A DNA stretch of 64,000 nucleotides from Antedon mediterranea. Lineage: Eukaryota; Animalia; Echinodermata. This document shows, one piece after another, positions 23,801-36,177 of the stretch (position 1 is the stretch's first letter; each line of letters opens with the position of its first letter). The stretch is from the NCBI RefSeq assembly GCF_964355755.1, contig NC_092671.1, positions 21,717,317-21,781,316 on the forward strand. The letters run 5' to 3'. The position numbers and the translations under genes were made by a program. The notes beneath the pieces are model-generated. The model worked only from the letters and a program-made list of their open reading frames with translations, did no database searches and was not told where the DNA came from.

Positions 23801-26800
23801 TATGCTCAAAATGGTCTAAAACTGTTTATAATGTGATTATTACTTTGATGTTTTTGCGTAACCAAGTTTCATCGAAATGCACAAAATGGTCTAAAACGTC
23901 TCCAAATGCGATTTGAAGCTATTCTAATCACTTTGGTGTTTTTATGTTAACAAGTTTTTTCGAAAATCACAAAATGGTCTAAAACGTCTCCAAATGCGAT
24001 TTGAAGCTATTCTAATCACTTTGGTGTTTTTGTGTTAACAAGTTTTTTCGAAAATCACAAAATGGTCTAAAACGTCTCCAAATGCGATTTGAAGCTATTC
24101 TAAACATTTTGGTGTTTTTATGTTAACAAGTTTTTTCGAAAATTACAAAATGGTCTAAAACGTCTTCAAATGCGATTTGAAGCTATTCTAAGCACTTTGG
24201 TGTTTTTATGTTAACAAGTTTTTTCGAAAATCCCAAAATGGTCTAAAACGTCTCCAAATGCGATTTGAAGCTTTTCTAAACACTTTGGTGTTTTGTGTGA
24301 AAAAGTTTTGTCGAAATGCTCAAAATGGTTTAAAACGTTTTTAAATACGATATTAAGCTATTTTGTGCTCTTTAATGTTTTTGTGTGAAATGTGTTATCG
24401 AAATGCTCAAAATGGTCTAAAACGGTTTATAATGTGCTTTTATCCACTTTGATGTTTTTGTGTAACCAAGTTTTTTCGAAAATCACAAATTGGTCTAAAA
24501 CGTCTCCAAATGCGATTTGAAGCTATTCTAAGCACTTTGGTGTTTTTATGTTAACAAGTTTTTTCGAAAATCACAAAATGGTCTTAAACGTCTCCAAATG
24601 CGATTTGAAGGTATTCTAAGCACTTTGGTGTTTTTATGTTAACAAGTTTTTTCGAAAATCACAAAATGGTCTAAATTGTCTCCATATGCGATTTGAAGCT
24701 ATTCTTAGCACTTTGGTGTTTTTATGTTAACAAGTTTTTTCGAAAATCACAAAATGGTCTAAATTGTCTCCATATGCGATTTGAAGCTATTCTTAGAAGT
24801 TTGGTGTTTTTATGTTAAAAAGTTTTTTTCGAAAATCACAAAATGGTCTAAAACGTCTCCAAATGCGATTTGAAGCTATTCTAAGCACTTTGATGTTTTT
24901 GTGTGAAAAGTGTTATCGAAATGCTCAAAATGGTCTAAAACGGTTTATAATGTGATTTTAACCACTTTGATGTTTTTGTGTAACCAAGTTTTTTCGAAAA
25001 TCACTAATTGGTCTAAAATGTCTCCAAATGCGATTTGAAGCTATTCTTAGCACTTTGATGTTTTTATGTTAACAAGTTTTTTCGAAAATCACAAAATGGT
25101 CTAAAACGTCTCCAAATGCGATTTGAAGCTATTCTAAGCACTTTGGTGTTTTGTGTGAAAAAGTTTTGTCGAAATGCTCAAAATGGTCTAAAACGTTTTT
25201 AAATAAGATATTAAGCTATATTGTGCTCTTTGATGTTTTTGTGTGAAAAGTGTTATCGATATGCTCAAAATGGTCTAAAACGGTTTATAATGTGATTTTA
25301 AGCACTTTGATGTTTTTGCGTAACCAAGTTTCATCGAAATGCACAAATTGGTCTAAAACGTCTCCAAATGCGATTTGAAGCTATTCTAATCACTTTGGTG
25401 TTTTTGTGTTAACAAGTTTTTTCGAAAATCACAAAATGGTCTAAAACGTCTCCAAATGTGATTTGAAGCTATTCTAAACATTTTGGTGTTTTTATGTTAA
25501 CAAGTTTTTTCGAAAATCACAAAATGGTCTAAAACGTCTCCAAATGCGATTTGAAGCTATTCTAAGCACTTTGGTGTTTTTATGTTAACAAGTTTTTTCG
25601 AAAATCACAAAATGGTCTAAAACGTCTCCAAATGCGATTTGAAGCTATTCTGTACACTTTGGTGTTTTGTGTGAAAAAGTTTTGTCGAAATGCTCAAAAT
25701 GGTTTAAAACGTTTTTAAATACGATATTAAGCTATTTTGTGCTCTTTGATGTTTTTGTGTGAAATGTGTTATCGAAATGCTCAAAATAGTCTAAAACGGT
25801 TTATAATGTGCTTTTATCCACTTTGATGTTTTTGTGTAACCAAGTTTTTTCGAAAATCACAAATTGGTCTAAAACGTCTCCAAATGCGATTTGAAGCTAT
25901 TCTAAGCACTTTGGTTTTTTTATGTTAACAAGTTTTTTCGAAAATCACAAAATGGTCTTAAACGTCTCCAAATGCGATTTGAAGGTATTCTAAGCACTTT
26001 GGTGTTTTTATGTTAACAAGTTTTTTCGAAAATCACAAATTGGTCTAAAATGTCTCCAAATGCGATTTGAAGCTATTCTGTACACTTTGGTGTTTTATGT
26101 TAACAAGTTTTTTCGAAAATCACAAAATGTTCTAAAACGTTTCCAAATACGATATTAAGCTATTTTGTGCACTTTGATGTTTTTGTGTGAAAAGTGTTAT
26201 CGAAATGCTCAAAATGGTCTAAAACGGTTTATAATGTGATTTTAACCACTTTGATGTTTTTGTGTAACCAAGTTTTTTCGAAAATCACTAATTGGTCTAA
26301 AATGTCTCCAAATGCGATTTGAAGCTATTCTTAGCCCTTTGATGTTTTTATGTTAACAAGTTTTTTCGAAAATCACAAAATGGTCTAAAACGTCTCCAAA
26401 TGCGATTTGAAGCTATTCTAAGCACTTTGGTGTTTTTTGTGAAAGAGTTTTGTCGAATTGCTCAAAATGGTCTAAAACGTTTTTAAATACGATATTAAGC
26501 TATATTGTGCTCTTTGATGTTTTTGTGTGAAAAGTGTTATCGATATGCTCAAAATGGTCTAAAACGGTTTATAATGTGATTTTAAGCACTTTGATGTTTT
26601 TGCGTAACCAAGTTTCATCGAAATGCACAAAATGGTCTAAAACGTCTCCAAATGCGATTTGAAGCTATTCTAATCACTTTGGTGTTTTTGTGTTAACAAG
26701 TTTTTTCGAAAATCACAAAATGGTCTAAAACGTCTACAAATGCGATTTGAAGCTATTCTAAACATTTTGGTGTTTTTATGTTAACAAGTTTTTTCGAAAA

Positions 26801-29800
26801 TAACAAAATGGTCTAAAACGTCTCCTAATGCGATTTGAAGCTATTCTAAGCACTTTGGTGTTTTTATGTTAACAAGTTTTTTCGAAAATCACAAAATGGT
26901 CTAAAACGTCTCCAAATGCGATTTGAAGCTATTCTGTACACTTTGATGTTTTTATGTTAACAAGTTTTTTCGAAAATCACAAAATGGTCTAAAACGTCTC
27001 CAAATGCGATTTGAAGGTATTCTAAGCACTTTGGTGTTTTGTGTGAAAAAGTTTTGTCGAAAATCACAAAATGGTCTAAAACGTCTCCAAATGCGATTTG
27101 AAGCTATTCTAAGCACTTTGGTGTTTTGTGTAAAAAGTTTTATCGATATGCTCAAAATGGTCTAAAACTGTTTATAATGTGATTATTACTTTGATGTTTT
27201 TGCGTAACCAAGTTTCATCGAAATGCACAAAATGGTCTAAAACGTCTCCAAATGCGATTTGAAGCTATTCTAATCACTTTGGTGTTTTTATGTTAACAAG
27301 TTTTTTCGAAAATCACAAAATGGTCTAAAACGTCTCCAAATGCGATTTGAAGCTATTCTAATCACTTTGGTGTTTTTGTGTTAACAAGTTTTTTCGAAAA
27401 TCACAAAATGGTCTAAAACGTCTCCAAATGCGATTTGAAGCTATTCTAAACATTTTGGTGTTTTTATGTTAACAAGTTTTTTCGAAAATTACAAAATGGT
27501 CTAAAACGTCTCCAAATGCGATTTGAAGCTATTCTAAGCACTTTGGTGTTTTTATGTTAACAAGTTTTTTCGAAAATCCCAAAATGGTCTAAAACGTCTC
27601 CAAATGCGATTTGAAGCTTTTCTAAACACTTTGGTGTTTTGTGTGAAAAAGTTTTGTCGAAATGCTCAAAATGGTTTAAAACGTTTTTAAATACGATATT
27701 AAGCTATTTTGTGCTCTTTGATGTTTTTGTGTGAAATGTGTTATCGAAATGCTCAAAATGGTCTAAAACGGTTTATAATGTGATTTTAAGCACTTTGATG
27801 TTTTTGTGTAACCAAGTTTTTTCGAAAATCACAAATTGGTCTAAAATGTCTCCAAATGCGATTGGAAGCTATTCTTAGCACTTTGATGTTTTTATGTTAA
27901 CAAGTTTTTTCGAAAATCACAAAATGGTCTAAAACGTCTCCAAATGCGATTTGAAGCTATTCTAAGTACTTTGGTGTTTTTATATTAACAAGTTTTTTCG
28001 AAAATCACAAAATGGTCTAAAACGTCTCCAAATGCGATTTGAAGCTATTCTGTACACTTTGGTGTTTTGTGTGAAAAAGTTTTGTCGAAATGCTCAAAAT
28101 GGTTTAAAACGTTTTTAAATACGATATTAAGCTATTTTGTGCTCTTTGATGTTTTTGTGTGAAATGTGTTATCGAAATGCTCAAAATGGTCTAAAACGGT
28201 TTATAATGTGCTTTTATCCACTTTGATGTTTTTGTGTAACCAAGTTTTTTCGAAAATCACAAATTGGTCTAAAACGTCTCCAAATGCGAATTGAAGCTAT
28301 TCTAAGCACTTTGGTGTTTTTATGTTAACAAGTTTTTTCGAAAATCACAAAATGGTCTTAAACGTCTCCAAATGCGATATGAAGGTATTCTAAGCACTTT
28401 GGTGTTTTTATGTTAACAAGTTTTTTCGAAAATCACAAAATGATCTAAATTGTCTCCATATGCGATTTGAAGCTATTCTTAGCACTTTGGTGTTTTTATG
28501 TTAACAAGTTTTTTCGAAAATCACAAAATGGTCTAAATTGTCTCCATATGCGATTTGAAGCTATTCTTAGCAGTTTGGTGTTTTTATGTTAAAAAGTTTT
28601 TTTCGAAAATCACAAAATGGTCTAAAACGTCTCCAAATGCGATTTGAAGCTATTCTAAGCACTTTGATGTTTTTGTGTGAAAAGTGTTATCGAAATGCTC
28701 AAAATGGTCTAAAACGGTTTATAATGTGATTTTAACCACTTTGATGTTTTTGTGTAACCAAGTTTTTTCGAAAATCACTAATTGGTCTAAAATGTCTCCA
28801 AATGCGATTTGAAGCTATTCTTAGCACTTTGATGTTTTTATGTTAACAAGTTTTTTCGAAAATCACAAAATGGTCTAAAACGTCTCCAAATGCGATTTGA
28901 AGCTATTCTAAGCACTTTGGTGTTTTGTGTGAAAAAGTTTTGTCGAAATGCTCAAAATGGTCTAAAACGTTTTTAAATAAGATATTAAGCTATATTGTGC
29001 TCTTTGATGTTTTTGTGTGAAAAGTGTTATCGATATGCTCAAAATGGTCTAAAACGGTTTATAATGTGATTTTAAGCACTTTGATGTTTTGGCGTAACCA
29101 AGTTTCATCGAAATGCACAAATTGGTCTAAAACGTCTCCAAATGCGATTTGAAGCTATTCTAATCACTTTGGTGTTTTTGTGTTAACAAGTTTTTTCGAA
29201 AATCACAAAATGGTCTAAAACGTCTCCAAATGTGATTTGAAGCTATTCTAAACATTTTGGTGTTTTTATGTTAACAAGTTTTTTCGAAAATCACAAAATG
29301 GTCTAAAACGTCTCCAAATGCGATTTGAAGCTATTCTAAGCACTTTGGTGTTTTTATGTTAACAAGTTTTTTCGAAAATCACAAAATGGTCTAAAACGTC
29401 TCCTAATGCGATTTGAAGCTATTCTAAGCACTTTGGTGTTTTTATGTTAACAAGTTTTTTCGAAAATCACAAAATGGTCTAAAACGTCTCCAAATGCGAT
29501 TTGAAGCTATTCTGTACACTTTGATGTTTTTATGTTAACAAGTTTTTTGGAAAATCACAAAATGGTCTAAAACGTCTCCAAATGCGATTTGAAGGTATTC
29601 TAAGCACTTTGGTGTTTTTATGTTAACAAGTTTTTTCGAAAATCACAAAATGTTCTAAAACGTCTCCAAATGCGATTTGAAGCTATTCTAAGGACTTTGA
29701 TGTTTTTGTGTAAAAAGTGTTATCGAAATGCTCAAAATGGTCTAAAACGGTTTATAATGTGATTTTAACCACTTTGATGTTTTTGTGTAACCAAGTTTTT

Positions 29801-31751
29801 TCGAAAATCACTAATTGGTCTAAAATGTCTCCAAATGCGATTTGAAGCTATTCTTAGCCCTTTGATGTTTTTATGTTAACAAGTTTTTTCGAAAATCACA
29901 AAATGGTCTAAAACGTCTCCAAATGCGATTTGAAGCTATTCTAAGCACTTTGGTGTTTTGTGTGAAAAAGTTTTGTCGAAATGCTCAAAATGGTCTAAAA
30001 CGTTTTTAAATACGATATTAAGCTATATTGTGCTCTTTGATGTTTTTGTGTGAAAAGTGTTATCGATATGCTCAAAATGGTCTAAAACGGTTTATAATGT
30101 GATTTTAAGCACTTTGATGTTTTTGCGTAACCAAGTTTCATCGAAATGCACAAAATGGTCTAAAACGTCTCCAAATGCGATTTGAAGCTATTCTAATCAC
30201 TTTGGTGTTTTTGTGTTAACAAGTTTTTTCGAAAATCACAAAATGGTCTAAAACGTCTCCAAATGCGATTTGAAGCTATTCTAAACATTTTGGTGTTTTT
30301 ATGTTAACAAGTTTTTTCGAAAATCACAAAATGGTCTAAAACGTCTCCAAATGCGATTTGAAGCTATTCTAAGCACTTTGGTGTTTTTATGTTAACAAGT
30401 TTTTTCGAAAATCACAAAATGGTCTAAAACGTCTCCTAATGCGATTTGAAGCTATTCTAAGCACTTTGGTGTTTTTATGTTAACAAGTTTTTTCGAAAAT
30501 CACAAAATGGTCTAAAACGTCTCCAAATGCGATTTGAAGCTATTCTGTACACTTTGATGTTTTTATGTTAACAAGTTTTTTCGAAAATCACAAAATGGTC
30601 TAAAACGTCTCCAAATGCGATTTGAAGGTATTCTAAGCACTTTGGTGTTTTGTGTGAAAAAGTGTTATCAATATGCTCAAAATGGTCTAAAACGGTTTAT
30701 AATGTGATTTTAAGCACTTTGATGTTTTTGCGTAACCAAGTTTCATCGAAATGCACAAAATGGTCTAAAACGTCTCCAAATGCGATTTGAAGCTATTCTA
30801 ATCACTTTGGTGTTTTTATGTTAACAAGTTTTTTCGAAAATCACAAAATGGTCTAAAACGTCTCCAAATGCGATTTGAAGCTATTCTAATCACTTTGGTG
30901 TTTTTGTGTTAACAAGTTTTTTCGAAAATCACAAAATGGTCTAAAACGTCTCCAAATGCGATTTGAAGCTATTCTAAACATTTTGGTGTTTTTATGTTAA
31001 CAAGTTTTTTCGAAAATCACAAAATGGTTTAAAACGTCTCCAAATGCGATTTGAAGCTATTCTAAGCACTTTGGTGTTTTTATGTTAACAAGTTTTTTCG
31101 AAAATCACAAAATGGTCTAAAACGTCTCCAAATGCGATTTGAAGGTATTCTAAGCACTTTGGTGTTTTGTGTGAAAAAGTTTTGTCGAAAATCACAAAAT
31201 GGTCTAAAACGTCTCCCAATGCGATTTGAAGCTATTCTAAGCACTTTGGTGTTTTTATGTTAACAAGTTTTTTCGAAAATCACAAAATTGTCTAAAACGT
31301 CTCCAAATGCGATTTGAAGCTATTCTGTAAACTTTGATGTTTTTATGTTAACAAGTTTTTTCGAAAATCACAAAATTGTCTAAAACGTCTCCAAATGCGA
31401 TTTGAAGGTATTCTAAGCACTTTGGTGTTTTGTGTGAAAAAGTTTTGTCGAAATGCTCAAAATGGTCTAAAACGTTTTTAAATAGGATATTAAGCTATAT
31501 TGTGAACTTTGATGTTTTTGTGTGAAAAGTGTTATCGAAATGCTCAAATGGTCTAAAACGGTTTATAATGTGATTTTAAGCACTTTGATGTTTTTGTGTA
31601 ACCAAGTTTCATCGAAATGCACAAAATGGTCTAAAACGTCTCCAAATGCGATTTGAAGCTATTCTAAGAACTTTGGTGTTTTTATGTTAACAAGTTTTTT
31701 TGAAAATTACAAAATGGTCTAAAACGTCTCCAAATGCGATTTGAAGCTATT

Positions 31752-32104
31752 ATTTATTTATTTATTTTTATTTTATTTTATGTCTTTAGGCACTGTGGCC
31801 AAGGATTACCAATAGTGAATTAATCACTGTCCTATCAGATAGGTGGTAATCCCCCTGATACAGAGGCTATTGTGTGAACCAGTTCACCGGGGTAACCCCC
31901 TACTCTTTTTCGAATAATGAACTGGGTTCTTTAAAGTACACACATGTTATAACTGTGTACACTGGACCTACGGTTTATAGTCCTTATCCGAGAAGACTTG
32001 TTCCACCACCAGAACTAGGAGCGAGTCGGCCTCGAACCCTTGCCGATGTTGTTGTTGGCTCTTTAGGTACGATAAACGGCGCCCCTGCCTTAACCGCTCG
32101 GCCA
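31752..32104 (-). mobile_element. tRNA-derived Deu/Nin-domain SINE, copy 2
   Basis: Reverse complement of 14861-15213 with the same length, junctions and overlapping ORF translation. Confidence 0.92.
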
Positions 32105-35100
32105 TATTCTAAGCACTTTGGTGTTTTTATGTTAACAAGTTTTTTCGAAAATCCCAAAATGGTCTAAAACGTCTCCAAATGCGATTTGAAGCTTTTCTAA
32201 ACACTTTGGTGTTTTTATGTTAACAGGTTTTTTAGAAAATCACAAAATGGTCTAAAACGTCTCCAAATGCGATTTGAAGCTATTTTAAGAACTTTGTTTT
32301 TTTTATGTTAACAAGTTTTTTCGAAAATCACAAAATGGTCTAAAATGTCTCCAAATGCGATTTGAAGGTATTCTAAGCACTTTGGTGTTTTTATGTTAAC
32401 AAGTTTTTTCGAAAATCACAAAATGGTCTAAATTGTCTCCATATGCGATTTGAAGCTATTCTTAGCAGTTTGGTGTTTTTATGTTAAAAAGTTTTTTTCG
32501 AAAATCACAAAATGGTCTAAAACGTCTCCAAATGCGATTTGAAGCTATTCTAAGCACTTTGATGTTTTTGTGTGAAAAGTGTTATCGAAATGCTCAAAAT
32601 GGTCTAAAACGGTTTATAATGTGATTTTAACCACTTTGATGTTTTTGTGTAACCAAGTTTTTTCGAAAATCACTAATTGGTCTAAAATGTCTCCAAATTC
32701 GATTTGAAGCTATTCTTAGCACTTTGATGTTTTTATGTTAACAAGTTTTTTCGAAAATCACAAAATGGTCTAAAACGTCTCCAAATGCGATTTGATGCTA
32801 TTCTAAGCACTTTGGTGTTTTTATGTTAACAAGTTGTTTTCGAAAATCACAAAATGGTCTAAAACGTCTACAAATGCGATTGGAAGCTATTCTTAGCACT
32901 TTGATGTTTTTATGTTAACAAGTTTTTTCGAAAATCACAAAATGGTCTAAAATGTCTCCAAATGCGATTTGAAGGTATTCTAAGCACTTTGGTGTTTTTA
33001 TGTTAACAAGTTTTTTCGAAAATCACAAAATGGTCTAAATTGTCTCCATATGCGATTTGAAGCTATTCTTAGCAGTTTGGTGTTTTTATGTTAAAAAGTT
33101 TTTTTCGAAAATCACAAAATGGTCTAAAACGTCTCCAAATGCGATTTGAAGCTATTCTAAGCACTTTGATGTTTTTGTGTGAAAAGTGTTATCGAAATGC
33201 TCAAAATGGTCTAAAACGGTTTATAATGTGATTTTAACCACTTTGATGTTTTTGTGTAACCAAGTTTTTTCGAAAATCACTAATTGGTCTAAAATGTCTC
33301 CAAATTCGATTTGAAACTATTCTTAGCACTTTGATGTTTTTATGTTAACAAGTTTTTTCGAAAATCACAAAATGGTCTAAAACGTCTCCAAATGCGATTT
33401 GAAGCTATTCTAAGCACTTTGGTGTTTTGTGTGAAAAAGTTTTTTCGAAATGCTCAAAATGGTCTAAAACGTTTTTAAATACGATATTAAGCTATATTGT
33501 GCTCTTTGATGTTTTTGTGTGAAAAGTGTTATCGATATGCTCAAAATGGTCTAAAACGGTTTATAATGTGATTTTAAGCACTTTGATGTTTTTGCGTAAC
33601 CAAGTTTCATCGAAATGCACAAAATGGTCTAAAACGTCTCCAAATGCGATTTGAAGCTATTCTAATCACTTTGATGTTTTTGTGTTAACAAGTTTTTTCG
33701 AAAATCACAAAATGGTCTAAAACGTCTCCAAATGCGATTTGAAGCTATTCTAAACATTTTGGTGTTTTTATGTTAACAAGTTTTTTCGAAAATCACAAAA
33801 TGGTCTAAAACGTCTCCAAATGCGATTTGAAGCTATTCTAAGCACTTTGGTGTTTTTATGTTAACAAGTTTTTTCGAAAATCACAAAATGGTCTAAAACG
33901 TCTCCTAATGCGATTTGAAGCTATTCTAAGCACTTTGGTGTTTTTATGTTAACAAGTTTTTTCGAAAATCACAAAATGGTCTAAAACGTCTCCAAATGCG
34001 ATTTGAAGCTATTCTGTACACTTTGATGTTTTTATGTTAACAAGTTTTTTCGAAAATCACAAAATGGTCTAAAACGTCTCCAAATGCGATTTGAAGGTAT
34101 TCTAAGCACTTTGGTGTTTTGTGTGAAAAAGTTTTGTCGAAAATCACAAAATGGTCTAAAACGTCTCCAAATGCGATTTGAAGCTATTCTAAGCACTTTG
34201 GTGTTTTGTGTAAAAAGTTTTATGGATATGCTCAAAATGGTCTAAAACGGTTTATAATGTGATTTTAAGCACATTGATGTTTTTGCGTAACCAAGTTTCA
34301 TCGAAATGCACAAAATGGTCTAAAACGTCTCCAAATGCGATTTGAAGCTATTCTAATCACTTTGGTGTTTTTATGTTAACAAGTTTTTTCGAAAATCACA
34401 AAATGGTCTAAAACGTCTCCAAATGCGATTTGAAGCTATTCTAATCACTTTGGTGTTTTTATGTTAACAAGTTTTTTCGAAAATCACAAAATGGTCTAAA
34501 ACGTCTCCAAATGCGATTTGAAGCTATTCTAATCACTTTGGTGTTTTTGTGTTAACAAGTTTTTTCGAAAATCACAAAATGGTCTAAAACGTCTCCAAAT
34601 GCGATTTGAAGCTATTCTGTACACTTTGATGTTTTTATGTTAACAAGTTTTTTCGAAAATCACAAAATGGTCTAAAACGTCTCCAAATGCGATTTGAAGG
34701 TATTCTAAGCACTTTGGTGTTTTGTGTGAAAAAGTGTTATCGATATGCTCAAAATGGTCTAAAACGGTTTATAATGTGATTTTAAGCACTTTGATGTTTT
34801 TGCGTAACCAAGTTTCATCGAAATGCACAAAATGGTCTAAAACGTCTCCAAATGCGATTTGAAGCTATTCTAATCACTTTGGTGTTTTTATGTTAACAAG
34901 TTTTTTCGAAAATCACAAAATGGTCTAAAACGTCTCCAAATGCGATTTGAAGCTATTCTAATCACTTTGGTGTTTTTGTGTTAACAAGTTTTTTCGAAAA
35001 TCACAAAATGGTCTAAAACGTCTCCAAATGCGATTTGAAGCTATTCTAAACATTTTGGTGTTTTTATGTTAACAAGTTTTTTCGAAAATCACAAAATGGT

Positions 35101-35824
35101 TTAAAACGTCTCCAAATGCGATTTGAAGCTATTCTAAGCACTTTGGTGTTTTTATGTTAACAAGTTTTTTCGAAAATCACAAAATGGTCTAAAACGTCTC
35201 CAAATGCGATTTGAAGCTATTCTGTACACTTTGATGTTTTTATGTTAACAAGTTTTTTCGAAAATCACAAAATGGTCTAAAACGTCTCCCAATGCGATTT
35301 GAAGCTATTCTAAGCACTTTGGTGTTTTTATGTTAACAAGTTTTTTCGAAAATCACAAAATTGTCTAAAACGTCTCCAAATGCGATTTGAAGCTATTCTG
35401 TAAACTTTGATGTTTTTATGTTAACAAGTTTTTTCGAAAATCACAAAATTGTCTAAAACCTCTCCAAATGCGATTTGAAGGTATTCTAAGCACTTTGGTG
35501 TTTTGTGTGAAAAAGTTTTGTCGAAATGCTCAAAATGGTCTAAAACGTTTTTAAATAGGATATTAAGCTATATTGTGAACTTTGATGTTTTTGTGTGAAA
35601 AGTGTTATCGAAATGCTCAAATGGTCTAAAACGGTTTATAATGTGATTTTAAGCACTTTGATGTTTTTGTGTAACCAAGTTTCATCGAAATGCACAAAAT
35701 GGTCTAAAACGTCTCCAAATGCGATTTGAAGCTATTCTAAGAACTTTGGTGTTTTTATGTTAACAAGTTTTTTTGAAAATTACAAAATGGTCTAAAACGT
35801 CTCCAAATGCGATTTGAAGCTATT

Positions 35825-36177
35825 ATTTATTTATTTATTTTTATTTTATTTTATGTCTTTAGGCACTGTGGCCAAGGATTACCAATAGTGAATTAATCAC
35901 TGTCCTATCAGATAGGTGGTAATCCCCCTGATACAGAGGCTATTGTGTGAACCAGTTCACCGGGGTAACCCCCTACTCTTTTTCGAATAATGAACTGGGT
36001 TCTTTAAAGTACACACATGTTATAACTGTGTACACTGGACCTACGGTTTATAGTCCTTATCCGAGAAGACTTGTTCCACCACCAGAACTAGGAGCGAGTC
36101 GGCCTCGAACCCTTGCCGATGTTGTTGTTGGCTCTTTAGGTACGATAAACGGCGCCCCTGCCTTAACCGCTCGGCCA
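35825..36177 (-). mobile_element. tRNA-derived Deu/Nin-domain SINE, copy 3
   Basis: Reverse complement of 14861-15213, 4073 bp from copy 2, with the same junctions. Confidence 0.92.
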
